Part shown: piece by piece, positions 50,623-59,861 of the stretch
How positions within the stretch are numbered: position 1 is the first letter of the stretch
How the letters are laid out: every line of letters starts with the position of its first letter
From: an uncultured delta proteobacterium
GTDB taxonomy: Bacteria > Desulfobacterota > Desulfuromonadia > Geobacterales > Pseudopelobacteraceae
NCBI GenBank assembly: GCA_963772835.1
Contig: CAVYYZ010000005.1
Location: 142,877-206,876, forward strand
DNA: 64,000 nt
Direction of reading: 5' to 3'
Translations under genes and position numbers: made by a program
Notes under the pieces: generated by a model
The model's input: the letters and a program-made list of their open reading frames with translations, nothing else
What the model was told of the DNA's origin: nothing
Database searches by the model: none

Positions 50623-50914
50623 TACAGACCTCTCTTTTCGCACAGTGTATTTCATATTTTAAACTCCCACGCGCACCGGAACTCATCAGGATGTGGAGGC
50701 GGTGTACAATCAATATTACGCGCGATTGAGACGAGAATCTATGACCATTTCAAATTCACTTTACTCGACCGTTCTAACAGGTTTACACGGATGATCGGGC
50801 AATCCGTGTGTGTCCTTAGAAGCGGTTTTTCCCGAGGCAATGGTCATTCCTTTGAAGGTTACAGCTCGTTCCGAGACAGGCTGGTCCGGCACCAACATCT
50901 TCAAGATATTTTTT

Positions 50915-52273
50915 TCACACAAGTATTGTTCCCGGCAGCATCACGCGAAATGAAGTTCCGGAATCAGAGCTGTTCCTGACGGATACCGTGCCGCCATGGG
51001 CCGCGACAAGTTCCTGCACGATGGCCAGCCCTATTCCCAGACCGCCATTTTTACCTTTGTAAAAACGCTCGAAAATATACGGCAGATCATCATCCGGAAT
51101 GCCGCAGCCGTTGTCATTGACTTCAATGCAGACCCTCTCGTCTTCGGATGATGCGATGATTGCAACCCGCCCCCCCGAATCAATCGCTTTGCTGCTGTTA
51201 CTGAGCAGATTAATCATAATCTGACTGAGACGGTCCGGGTCGGCCTTGATACAGAGAGTGTCGGGGCAGTCGAGCAGCAGGACAGCATTTTTATCGCCGA
51301 CAATCCGCTCAAAACGGGAGGCAATGGAGGAAAGAAACGGCTTCAGCAGAAACATTTCCCGGTGCAGATTCAGGGTGCTCGCTTCAGCCCGTGACAATTC
51401 GTCCACACCATCAAGAATTGCGGTCAGACGCCGGGTCTCATCATGAAGCGATTGGAGCGCGTTCCGGTCGGTCGGAAGCACACCGTCGAGCATCCCTTCA
51501 AGCTCTCCGGATATGATCGCCAGCGGGGTGCGCAGTTCGTGAGCCGCGTTGGATAACAGGGTGCGGCGCAGCTTTTCCTGTGCTTCCAGACCGTGAGCCA
51601 TACTGTTGAAACTCCGGGACAAGCGGCCGATCTCGTCATGCCCCGAATTTTTAACGCGACGGGACAGATTCCCCCCCGCAATATCCCCTGAAGCATCAAC
51701 AAGTTCAAGGATTGGACGTGCAAGTTTTCGGGAGGCGATAATTCCGGCCAGCACCGAAAACAGACCCAGAATCGTGACCGAAACCAGCAGCACGTGGTTA
51801 GAGGAACGAACGAAATAATCCTCTTTGACATGATCAAGCATCCGCACCTCCAAACGCCCGATTTCCTCACCGCGCAGATACAGAGGATACGGCACTCTGG
51901 CACCGAAAATCCTGCCCGGGTCATATCCGGTTGCATCCAGAACCCGCTTGCGCATGAGTGGAGTCAACTCCCGGACTGACTGTTCAGAACCGATTACCGG
52001 CTGCCCGGTTTGATCAAACAGGGTGGCCTCAACTCCAAGCTGGAGCGCCCAGGCAAGATCCGACACCAATCGTTCGCGCTGCCATCCGTTATTCCGTTCA
52101 TATCCTCCTTCTATAAGTGCAATGACGCGCTGAACACGATCCTGGGATTCTCCGTCCAGATAGCGAGCAAAATCGCTCATAATAAATCCGCGCAGCACGA
52201 AAGCGGATGAAAGGGCAATCATTGAAATCAGTATGAACAGCAGCAGAAATTTGCAGCGCAGGCTACAGCGCAT
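50915..52273 (-). CDS. BaeS-like HAMP sensor histidine kinase
   Basis: Two TMs, HAMP, AHELRTPL, NL.SN, DNG.GI, GLGLAIV. Confidence 0.92.
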   Translation of the reverse strand: MRCSLRCKFLLLFILISMIALSSAFVLRGFIMSDFARYLDGESQDRVQRVIALIEGGYERNNGWQRERLVSDLAWALQLGVEATLFDQTGQPVIGSEQSVRELTPLMRKRVLDATGYDPGRIFGARVPYPLYLRGEEIGRLEVRMLDHVKEDYFVRSSNHVLLVSVTILGLFSVLAGIIASRKLARPILELVDASGDIAGGNLSRRVKNSGHDEIGRLSRSFNSMAHGLEAQEKLRRTLLSNAAHELRTPLAIISGELEGMLDGVLPTDRNALQSLHDETRRLTAILDGVDELSRAEASTLNLHREMFLLKPFLSSIASRFERIVGDKNAVLLLDCPDTLCIKADPDRLSQIMINLLSNSSKAIDSGGRVAIIASSEDERVCIEVNDNGCGIPDDDLPYIFERFYKGKNGGLGIGLAIVQELVAAHGGTVSVRNSSDSGTSFRVMLPGTILV

Positions 52274-52967
52274 CACGTTCTCCGGCAAACAGATATCCGA
52301 CACCATACACGGTTTTGAGGTACTCCGGTGCTCGAGGATCCCGTTCAATCTTCTGGCGGAGATTTTTGATGTGGGCATCGATACTGCGCTCATAACCGTC
52401 GAACTGGTAGCCGAGCGCCCGGGAAACAAGCTCGTCGCGAGTGAAGGTTCTACCTGGTGATGCTGCGAGGGTGAGGAGAAGCTTGAATTCTGTAGGCGTA
52501 ACGGAAACGGGGTGATTATCCAGGCTGATCTGGTGCCGGAGAGTGTTGAGAACCAGCGAACCATTATTGAAGGACGTACTGTTATCGACTGAGGAGGAAC
52601 TCCGCTCATAGCGTTTCAGAACGGCCTTCAAGCGGCAGACCAACTCACGCGGGCTGGCCGGCTTGACCATGTAGTCATCAGCCCCGAGGGCAAAACCGGC
52701 AATACGCTCCTCCTCGGATGACTTTGCAGTGAGCATGATGACCGGAAAATCGCCCAGCTCTTTAAAGCTCTGACATAACTCTTCGCCGCTTCCGTCAGGC
52801 AATCCCAGATCGAGTATCACCGCCAGGGGGATCTCAGCTTCAGCCTTTTGAAGAGCTTCGTGTACTGTTGACGCATGAACCGATCTGAAATCAGCCCCTT
52901 CCAGATACGCTTTCACAATCCGGGCAAGCTTGGTGTCATCTTCAACAATCAGTACGGGTGGAAGCAC
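52263..52967 (-). CDS. OmpR/BaeR-family response regulator
   Basis: GTG start after GAGG; LIVEDD, LDLGLP, GADDY..KP, RSIDAHIKNLRQK, TVYGVGY. Confidence 0.93.
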   Translation of the reverse strand: MLPPVLIVEDDTKLARIVKAYLEGADFRSVHASTVHEALQKAEAEIPLAVILDLGLPDGSGEELCQSFKELGDFPVIMLTAKSSEEERIAGFALGADDYMVKPASPRELVCRLKAVLKRYERSSSSVDNSTSFNNGSLVLNTLRHQISLDNHPVSVTPTEFKLLLTLAASPGRTFTRDELVSRALGYQFDGYERSIDAHIKNLRQKIERDPRAPEYLKTVYGVGYLFAGERDAL

Positions 52968-52986
52968 AAGAACCTCTTTGCAGGGA

Positions 52987-53409
52987 TCAATTAAGTGAGC
53001 GTATGCGGCCGGAACGCTTGTCAATCATTACCCGGTCGATGAGTGTACCGTTCCTGTCGAAAATATCGGCTCTAAAGCCCCACTTCTTCTCAACAATTCC
53101 TGAAACGGTATACTCCTGACCGGAGAAATAATTCAACAGCAGCTGGCGGGCCTCTGCTGCACCAGCCACCGGTTGACGGGCGCCGTACCAGTCGCCGCGA
53201 CGTTTGCCGCACCGGCCGCGCATTTCAGGAGTGCATGACCCCTCTTCACTTTTACACCAGGCGGGGCCGGTATCACAATCCATTTTTCCGTCGTGCGTCT
53301 GACATTTCCTGGTTGCACTCTCATGCCCACCTGCCCGGGCAGAAACGGCAGGCAATAGTGCAACAAGGTGCACGAACAGCAGAAATGTAAGAGTTGACTT
53401 CATCTTCAT
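52987..53409 (-). CDS. Secreted Cys-containing PepSY-like protein
   Basis: Signal peptide; C-terminal F.ADI.D..G..ID...IDK.SG.IRS. Confidence 0.7.
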   Translation of the reverse strand: MKMKSTLTFLLFVHLVALLPAVSARAGGHESATRKCQTHDGKMDCDTGPAWCKSEEGSCTPEMRGRCGKRRGDWYGARQPVAGAAEARQLLLNYFSGQEYTVSGIVEKKWGFRADIFDRNGTLIDRVMIDKRSGRIRSLN

Positions 53410-53464
53410 AGTTCCGGGATATCAGATGCGGCCGGGGGACTCAGGCACCCAGGCCACTCTGAAA

Positions 53465-53905
53465 TTACTTCTGGCCGCCGCAGGGGCCATTATTGCAGCC
53501 GCCCATACCTTTACCGCAACCGCCCATACCATTCATGCCGGGTCCACCTCTCATCTTGCCGCACTCGCCGTCAGATTTATCAACCGGAAGGCCACTCTGG
53601 GCACGAATGGCCATGATTTTTGTCTGAAGCGCTTTGATTTCTACCTGCAGCGCGGCGACTTTAGCGGCATCCGGAGAAGCCTTAAGGTTTTCACGCTGCA
53701 CTTCAAAACGTTTTGTCATCATTTCCTGACGCAGATCGATGGTGTCGGCCTGAAACTTCCGGAACGGCTCGGGTGGCGCAGTCACACCATTCTGGGCACA
53801 ATTACCGCATCCTCCACCCATACCGTTTCCGGTACCGGCATTGGCACTACTGAACAGAGAAACCCCCAGACACAGAGTTACCACTACTACGGACATTTTT
53901 TTCAT
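53465..53905 (-). CDS. Periplasmic ZraP/Spy-like helical protein with Gly/Met/Cys-rich tails
   Basis: Signal peptide; KF..DT..LRQE...KR.E...E.....PD.AKV.AL..EI..LQ. Confidence 0.78.
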   Translation of the reverse strand: MKKMSVVVVTLCLGVSLFSSANAGTGNGMGGGCGNCAQNGVTAPPEPFRKFQADTIDLRQEMMTKRFEVQRENLKASPDAAKVAALQVEIKALQTKIMAIRAQSGLPVDKSDGECGKMRGGPGMNGMGGCGKGMGGCNNGPCGGQK

Positions 53906-53956
53906 TGTACTTACCCCCTGTTTTGATTTAATCCGGTTTTTACACTATATGAATGA

Positions 53957-54000
53957 TGAGAAGATTGTGTGAATACATTGTGAAAGATTGTGAAGATATT
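53957..54000 (-). promoter_or_regulatory. Tandem direct repeats, probable OmpR-family operator
   Basis: Minus strand TTCACAAT CT TTCACAAT GTA TTCACACAAT upstream of the zraP-like/regulator/kinase operon. Confidence 0.6.
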
Positions 54001-54425
54001 TTTAAACTCAGAGTGTCTAACGCGTCATGCAGACAGTGCGGCCAAAAATATGTATTTTTTAGCTGTCCCGGTTGAAATGACAGGGACCGCCCTATCCTCT
54101 CCCGGAGCAGGTGAAGCGGTAACGCAGGATTCGCTCCTGTGCTGCACAGTGGACAGCCGTTCTCGAAAACCGGTGATCATGGGTTCACTCTGTACAGAGA
54201 GAAGAATAACAAAAGTTCTTATACGCATGAAAATACCATTCTTATCAGATGAATGATATGACTCCGCATTTCAGGAGCGAAGAGATGCACCGGTTTTATA
54301 GGTGCCGATCTGGACCGGATGTATTGAAATCAGCCTGGTTTCAAATACTGCATGTCAATATGATCCGTTGACTTCAGTCAGATCATGCGACATATATCGA
54401 TACATCGCGTATCACCGGAGAGAAC

Positions 54426-54737
54426 ATGAAGTCGGTTTTCAGCGCTTCAAACATCGCGCTTGTAAGTATATATCAGAACATTCTGGAACAACTCGGGTTC
54501 AGAACATGGATTAAAAATGAGTTTCTCTCATCAGGAGTGGGCGAACTTCCACCGATTGAATGCTGGCCGCAACTATGTGTTGACGATTCTTTTTTTGAAG
54601 AGGCACAGCGAATTATCGAAGAGGCCCTTTCGGAAAAAAATATGACTCCATGGAGTTGTGATTCATGTAACGAAGATATCGAGGGTCAATTCACCGAATG
54701 CTGGAGGTGCGGCAGGAGCCGTCCAACAACGCTATGA
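54426..54737 (+). CDS. DUF2007 family protein with C-terminal zinc finger
   Basis: L...G....IKNE.LS...GELP..ECWP.L.V; W.C..C.E.IEGQF.ECW.CG. Confidence 0.88.
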   Translation: MKSVFSASNIALVSIYQNILEQLGFRTWIKNEFLSSGVGELPPIECWPQLCVDDSFFEEAQRIIEEALSEKNMTPWSCDSCNEDIEGQFTECWRCGRSRPTTL

Positions 54738-54835
54738 CTCTTTTTCGGGCACGTGCAGGCGCTGAACGCCGCTACACCCGATCAGTCGACGATCAATACC
54801 TGTAACCATCCCATATCTGCATCAGGAGGCTCCCG

Positions 54836-55726
54836 GTGTCCCTGCGCAATCTTCGCATCATGACCGCCATTGCCCGGAAGGGGAGTTTTGCCGCGGCGGC
54901 GGAACATCTGGGGTTGACCCAGTCGGCTGTCAGCCTGCAAATCAAGAATCTGGAAGAGGAACTGAACGTGCAGCTCTTCGAACGGAGCGGACGCAGTCCC
55001 AAACTCAATACAAACGGCCGGCTGGTGCTGGAACGGGCCAGGGAGATCCTTAACATCTACGACGGCATCAGGGATGAGCTGGCACCTTCAGGATTGATTC
55101 GGGGGGTACTGGTTCTGGGTGTTGTGCCAACAGTACTCACCGGTCCGCTCCCTCCCGTTTTGGGGCGCCTGAGAAAACGCTACGAAGATCTGCACGTCAA
55201 ACTCCTTTCCGGGCTTTCCGCCGAACTTGTCCGCCAGGTCGAGGAAGGAAACCTGGATGCCGCCCTTACCACGGAACCCCCCTTTACCGTGCCACCACTC
55301 TTTGAATGGCGGGAATACGATGTGGAACCGTTTTTCGTGGTTGCCCCCAGAAACACCGAGGTCACTAGCGTAGAACAGCTGTTCGATCGTTTTCCCTTTA
55401 TCCGCTTTGACAAGACCGCCTGGGCCGGTGCTCTGGTAGACGGACAGCTGACAACGCTGGGCATTCGCCCCCGTGACGTAATGGAATTTGATTCCCTGGA
55501 AGCGGCCCTCAGTCTTGTGGAGCATGGTCTCGGCATTGCCGTGGTACCGCTGAACAAACGCCGCCTCAAACAGGCCGGAAAACATTTCACCATAACTGCA
55601 TTCGGCGCTCCCCAGCTGACGCGCCGGGTAGGGATGTATCAGAAACGGCGCAACCCGCGCCATACCCTGACAGAATTGATCGTGGACGAGCTCTGCCGGG
55701 AGTGTAAATCAGTAAATAAAACTTGA
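54836..55726 (+). CDS. LysR-family transcriptional regulator
   Basis: GSFAAAAE.L.LTQSAVS.QIK.LEE.L.V.LFER. Confidence 0.95.
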   Translation: MSLRNLRIMTAIARKGSFAAAAEHLGLTQSAVSLQIKNLEEELNVQLFERSGRSPKLNTNGRLVLERAREILNIYDGIRDELAPSGLIRGVLVLGVVPTVLTGPLPPVLGRLRKRYEDLHVKLLSGLSAELVRQVEEGNLDAALTTEPPFTVPPLFEWREYDVEPFFVVAPRNTEVTSVEQLFDRFPFIRFDKTAWAGALVDGQLTTLGIRPRDVMEFDSLEAALSLVEHGLGIAVVPLNKRRLKQAGKHFTITAFGAPQLTRRVGMYQKRRNPRHTLTELIVDELCRECKSVNKT

Positions 55727-55809
55727 GCATCACACAAGTATTATCAACTATTATTCATGTATGCCCCATGCTATCCTCCTGCCAGTAATAAACGCAAAGA
55801 GGAGAGCCC

Positions 55810-56736
55810 GTGAGTTCCATCTCCAACGCCCTCATACCTGTGCTGGCCCTGATACTGATCGGATTCATCATCCAGCGCACCGGTTTCCTTCCACCTGCCT
55901 TTTGGCCGTCGGCTGAAAAACTGACCTATTTCCTGCTCATGCCGGCCACACTGATCCACAATCTGGCCGGGAAACAGATCGGCTCTCTCCCCTGGCTGAA
56001 GATTCTGCTGACCGTGGAGGGAGCGGTACTGACCAGCGCAATTCTGGTGACACTCTGGTGGTTTGCAAACAGGAGCATGAAGGCTCCGGTATTTACCTCC
56101 CTCTTCCAGGGGGGTGTTCGCTTCAACACCTTTGTTGCGCTGGCCCTGGCGGAGAATCTGTTCGGCGTGGACGGCCTGTTCCTGGCCGCTCTGGGGGCGG
56201 GGTTCATGATCATCCTGATCAACGTGCTCTGTGTTTCAGCCTTCTCACTTGCGGTGCATAATGGCACGGGCCCCGACTTCAAGCGGTTGTCGATCGATCT
56301 GCTGCGTAACCCGCTCATTATCGGGTGCGTTATCGGAGTAGGACTGAACGTATCGGGAATGAAACTGCCAGTGGCAATCGACGGCATACTGGCGCTGGGA
56401 GGAAAGGCGGCTTTCCCGGTGGGACTGATGGCGGTGGGGGCTGCGTATCGCGCCGGCAACCTGATGCTGCATTGGCAGCCGCTGATGGTAAGCAGCACCG
56501 TACAGTTTCTCTGCAAGCCACTGATCGCCTGGGGTCTGGCGACAACCCTGGGCCTGACCGGCACGGCCTTAAGTGTGGCGGTGCTGCTGTTCAGCGTACC
56601 GACGGCCCCTTCCGCCTTCATCCTGTCACGGCAGATGGGTGGCGACCATGACAGCATGGCTGCGATTATCACCGTACAGACAGGCCTGTCGTTTTTCACC
56701 CTGCCGCTGACGATCTGGCTGGTGCAGCAAGCCTGA
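55810..56736 (+). CDS. AEC (auxin efflux carrier) family transporter
   Basis: Multi-TM; FQG..RFNT, NPLI, PTA.SA.ILSRQMGGD. Confidence 0.9.
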   Translation: MSSISNALIPVLALILIGFIIQRTGFLPPAFWPSAEKLTYFLLMPATLIHNLAGKQIGSLPWLKILLTVEGAVLTSAILVTLWWFANRSMKAPVFTSLFQGGVRFNTFVALALAENLFGVDGLFLAALGAGFMIILINVLCVSAFSLAVHNGTGPDFKRLSIDLLRNPLIIGCVIGVGLNVSGMKLPVAIDGILALGGKAAFPVGLMAVGAAYRAGNLMLHWQPLMVSSTVQFLCKPLIAWGLATTLGLTGTALSVAVLLFSVPTAPSAFILSRQMGGDHDSMAAIITVQTGLSFFTLPLTIWLVQQA

Positions 56737-56764
56737 GGATTATGTTATGAAAACATCTGCAGAG

Positions 56765-57565
56765 TCATCTGGCTGAAGCGGGAAAAACGGGAAAGATCGT
56801 CTTCAGCTCCTCCAGCTCCTTCTCTGTAAGCACTACAGGCTGCATACGGGCCCCCGCCTTTATCTCACGGGGATTTTTCAGCCAGGCGACAAGGTTCCGG
56901 TAGGTCCAGACCTCTCTATCCCTGAATGTCCTGGGATAATATTCTGAAAGCAGTCCAGACAGATTGGGACCACTATCGCCCGTTCCAAGGGCGCCCAGTC
57001 GACCGGTGAGTATCCGGTGGCAGCTGCCGCACTTTTTTGAAAAGATATCTTCTCTCTTATTCCCCGACTCATTGAAATGTACCTTCACCGGGGCGGTTTT
57101 ATCCGGTTGCCGCCCTGAGGAACCGGCAAAAACAGCATTCACCAGTGTCGTTATCTGTTCTTCATCCAGACCGAAATCCGGCATTGCCGCCACAGGGTGC
57201 CGGATCGAAAGTACAAGCTCTCCAGCCGTTTTCCGGGCCGCCGCTTCATCAAGACTGGTTGCAAGACGGTTTCCCCGTCCGGCACTGACATGACAGCGCC
57301 GGCAGGCGAGTTGAGCCATCAGATCATCCTGCTCTCTTTTCTGCACCTGGCCACCGAGGGTGAAACGGACAAATTTCCCCGCCCGCAGCCCGGCATGGGC
57401 AATATTCTTCCGCTCTGAGGCCGGGTTGCCGTGATGGCAGTCACTGCACGCGGCACGCCCGATATAATGAGTGGTGTGGCAGGAGAGGCAGAGTTGACGC
57501 TTCTGTCCGCTCCAGGCGGGGGCTACGGAAATAAGCAGGGCACATACTATGATCCGAGAGACCAA
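56765..57565 (-). CDS. extS: Tetraheme cytochrome c (ExtS-like)
   Basis: CLSCH, CSDCH, CRRCH, CGSCH; GPNLSGL, WL.NP...K....M; follows extP/extQ-like genes. Confidence 0.7.
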   Translation of the reverse strand: MVSRIIVCALLISVAPAWSGQKRQLCLSCHTTHYIGRAACSDCHHGNPASERKNIAHAGLRAGKFVRFTLGGQVQKREQDDLMAQLACRRCHVSAGRGNRLATSLDEAAARKTAGELVLSIRHPVAAMPDFGLDEEQITTLVNAVFAGSSGRQPDKTAPVKVHFNESGNKREDIFSKKCGSCHRILTGRLGALGTGDSGPNLSGLLSEYYPRTFRDREVWTYRNLVAWLKNPREIKAGARMQPVVLTEKELEELKTIFPVFPASAR

Positions 57566-57957
57566 TTAATCCCCCTGAAAAAAAATGCAGTTACGGAAAG
57601 TACCAGAATAGCGACCGCCAGAATGAGCGTAAGTGCAGACACCGTCCTCTGTTCAGCCGGAAACCAGCGTGCCCGGTGGATACGCGGCCCGACCGGCAGC
57701 CAGGGGAGTAGCAGAAACAGAACCGCCAGCAGCAGGACCGGAAAGATCATATAGCGCGACCAGCTGACCAGCTCCTGAATCCAGAGCAGAAACCAGGCCG
57801 ATTTTGCCGGGTTAGGGGTAACTGCAGGATTGGCCGGTTCTTTAAGCGGTGCCGGAATCAGCGCCGCAAGGAGCAGGAGTGAGGCGGCACACGCATACAT
57901 CGAGCGGACGATGAGCCTGAAAAAGACCGGGGAGCTTTTAACGAATCCGTTTTTCAT
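57547..57957 (-). CDS. extQ: Cytochrome b subunit IV-like membrane protein (ExtQ-like)
   Basis: PAPL..PANP..TPNP.KSAWFLLW.QEL, a PEWY-like segment. Confidence 0.75.
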   Translation of the reverse strand: MKNGFVKSSPVFFRLIVRSMYACAASLLLLAALIPAPLKEPANPAVTPNPAKSAWFLLWIQELVSWSRYMIFPVLLLAVLFLLLPWLPVGPRIHRARWFPAEQRTVSALTLILAVAILVLSVTAFFFRGINWSLGS

Positions 57958-58574
57958 AGATACGGCAGCACTCCCTTGTTTTTTCTGACCCGGTAGAAAT
58001 GAAGGGCCGACAGCGTCAACACCGACAGCGGTATGATGGTGATGTGCAGAGCATAAAAACGGAGCAGCGACAACCCCTGCCCCACTCCGTCCGGCACCAG
58101 CAGCGAACGGAGAAACGTTCCGAACGGCAGTGTAACCAACAGCTCCATGCCGGTCTGAGTTGCCCAGAAAGCCAGTTGATCAAATGGCAGCAGATACCCG
58201 GTATAGGCTTCGAACAGCGCCAGGAACAGCAACAGGCAGCCGATCACCCAGTTCAGCTGCCGGGGTTTTTGATATGCCCCGGTCAGGATCACCCGCAGGG
58301 TATGCAGCAGAATCAGCACGAGTAGTGTATGAGATGTCAGGCGATGCAGGCTGCGCAGGTATTTCCCCCCCCAGACCGAGGACTCAAGAAACAGTACAGA
58401 ATTGAATGCCCGCTCCGGGGTCGGCTGGTAGTACACCAGCAGCAGCATACCGCTGACCAGCATGATTAGAAAGGCGGTGAAGGCCAGTCCACCCAGGCAG
58501 AAGGTGTAGCTGAAGCGCAGGTTACGCTCCAGTACGACGCGAGGAAAAAGATGTTTGAGGAAATCAGTGATCAT
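57954..58574 (-). CDS. extP: Cytochrome b6-like N-terminal subunit (ExtP-like)
   Basis: FCLGGL, YYQPT...A..S, RSLHR, LHT.RV..TGAY..PR.LNW, TGYLLP.DQ.AFWA, RFY.LH. Confidence 0.8.
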   Translation of the reverse strand: MITDFLKHLFPRVVLERNLRFSYTFCLGGLAFTAFLIMLVSGMLLLVYYQPTPERAFNSVLFLESSVWGGKYLRSLHRLTSHTLLVLILLHTLRVILTGAYQKPRQLNWVIGCLLLFLALFEAYTGYLLPFDQLAFWATQTGMELLVTLPFGTFLRSLLVPDGVGQGLSLLRFYALHITIIPLSVLTLSALHFYRVRKNKGVLPYL

Positions 58575-58610
58575 AGACGTAGATATACACTCATCGGGAG
58601 AAGTAGTAAC

Positions 58611-59148
58611 TTAAAAATCCAGAGGGCTCTTTTGCTCTTATACTGTCATAACCGGGACGCAGTGAGTATAGATCATGGTAGTTTTCAGGCTTGAATGCCC
58701 CAACATCGTCTGAATAACCCGGATATCGTAACCGGCCTGCAACAGATGGGTCGCAAAAGAATGTCGGAACGTGTGAGAAGTGACCCGTTTAGGGATTTTC
58801 GCCTTGCGAACTGCCGGATACGCTCGTGCCTTGCTGAAGCGATAACTCTTTAGCTGGCATTACCCGCTGAATCTCCTGATTTTGCATTTCAAAATAAAGT
58901 GAAATAGCATGGGCGGCCTGCTGGCACTGTACTGATGTCTGTTTCCTGCTTCGCAGCTTTTCCAGAAAAAGTTTCACCTTCTCAGGTTTATCGTCAATAT
59001 CCAGATAATTGGCACAAAAATCATAAAAATACCGCAGCCACTTCTTGTAATACTCAATGTGGTGTGGCGGTATCTCACGACTCGCAAGGGTAGCTACGTA
59101 ATCATTCATAACAGGATGTGGAACGGGAATCATCTGTATCAACTCCAT
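58611..59148 (-). pseudogene. intI: Integron integrase remnant (large internal deletion, frameshift and nonsense codon)
   Basis: N-terminal SAM-like segment (YYKKWLRYF..FC...QA.HAI..YF) joined out of frame near 58815 to [58 protein letters not shown]. Confidence 0.88.
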
Positions 59149-59292
59149 TCACAACGAGATTAGCAGAACGATACTATCCATACCGTGTAAATTTAATAAC
59201 GTCAACTGAGGAAAGCTTATAAATAAGTTTCTAATTCGCTGCAACTATGCTAATGAAATTGCCATAAATTATGTAGGTTTTCCGGAGTCTTA

Positions 59293-59667
59293 ATGAAAAC
59301 GCGGGTAAATTTGAAGCCGGGACAAAAAGGGACAAAGAGATTAGTGGAGCAGTACGGCGATGCTCTGGTTTGTGTCCGCTATCGCTATGATGCAAAAGCA
59401 CAAAAGCAGTATAAAACCGTGGAAATTATCGTCAGCGAAAGTGAATGGACACCGCCTCCTGCCAAGTACCCTGATGGTGAATTGGTTCACCTTAAAATCG
59501 GCATCAATGAAACTGTTTTACAGGCACAGGCGAGAGCTGTCGGCGGGCGATGGGATAAAGACCAGCGTGTCTGGTTTGTACCTTATGGATGTATTGCCGG
59601 AACAAAGCTGGAAAAGCTTATAGTAGTAGAAACCTCCGTGACTGTCATAAAAGCGGATAGCTTATAG
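59293..59667 (+). CDS. Hypothetical protein between intI and the cassette array
   Basis: GGAG RBS; LKPGQKGTK.L...YGD.LVCVRYRYD....K..KTVE; C-terminal GGRWD....VW (DUF5710-like). Confidence 0.8.
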   Translation: MKTRVNLKPGQKGTKRLVEQYGDALVCVRYRYDAKAQKQYKTVEIIVSESEWTPPPAKYPDGELVHLKIGINETVLQAQARAVGGRWDKDQRVWFVPYGCIAGTKLEKLIVVETSVTVIKADSL

Positions 59668-59786
59668 ATGTAGAAACATATGGAATCGGCGTAAGCTCCG
59701 TAAGTTTATAGTTATAGAAACTTACTGGGTTTATAGATATATAAGCTTACTTCTAGTACTATAAACATGCTTATGCATATATAAAC
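59616..59786. repeat. Six ~18-bp imperfect palindromic repeats in the attI region
   Basis: TTATAGTAGTAGAAAC (59618), TTATAGATGTAGAAAC (59662), TTATAGTTATAGAAAC (59706), TTATAGATATATAAGC (59731), TTCTAGTACTATAAAC (59751), TTATGCATATATAAAC (59771). Confidence 0.75.
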
Positions 59787-59861
59787 TCGGTACTAACCGG
59801 TGATGTACGAGTTGAGCAAATAATGAGGAAGACTATCCCAAGCAATTGATGAGGTATTAAA

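Noticed and set aside
55926..56699. Long antisense ORFs (also 34131..34799, 55088..55663, 678..1235)
   Set aside because: Shadows of well-supported genes on the opposite strand, with no motifs of their own.
59616..59786. CRISPR array
   Set aside because: Repeats are short and degenerate, spacing is irregular (20-44 bp), and no cas genes are present.
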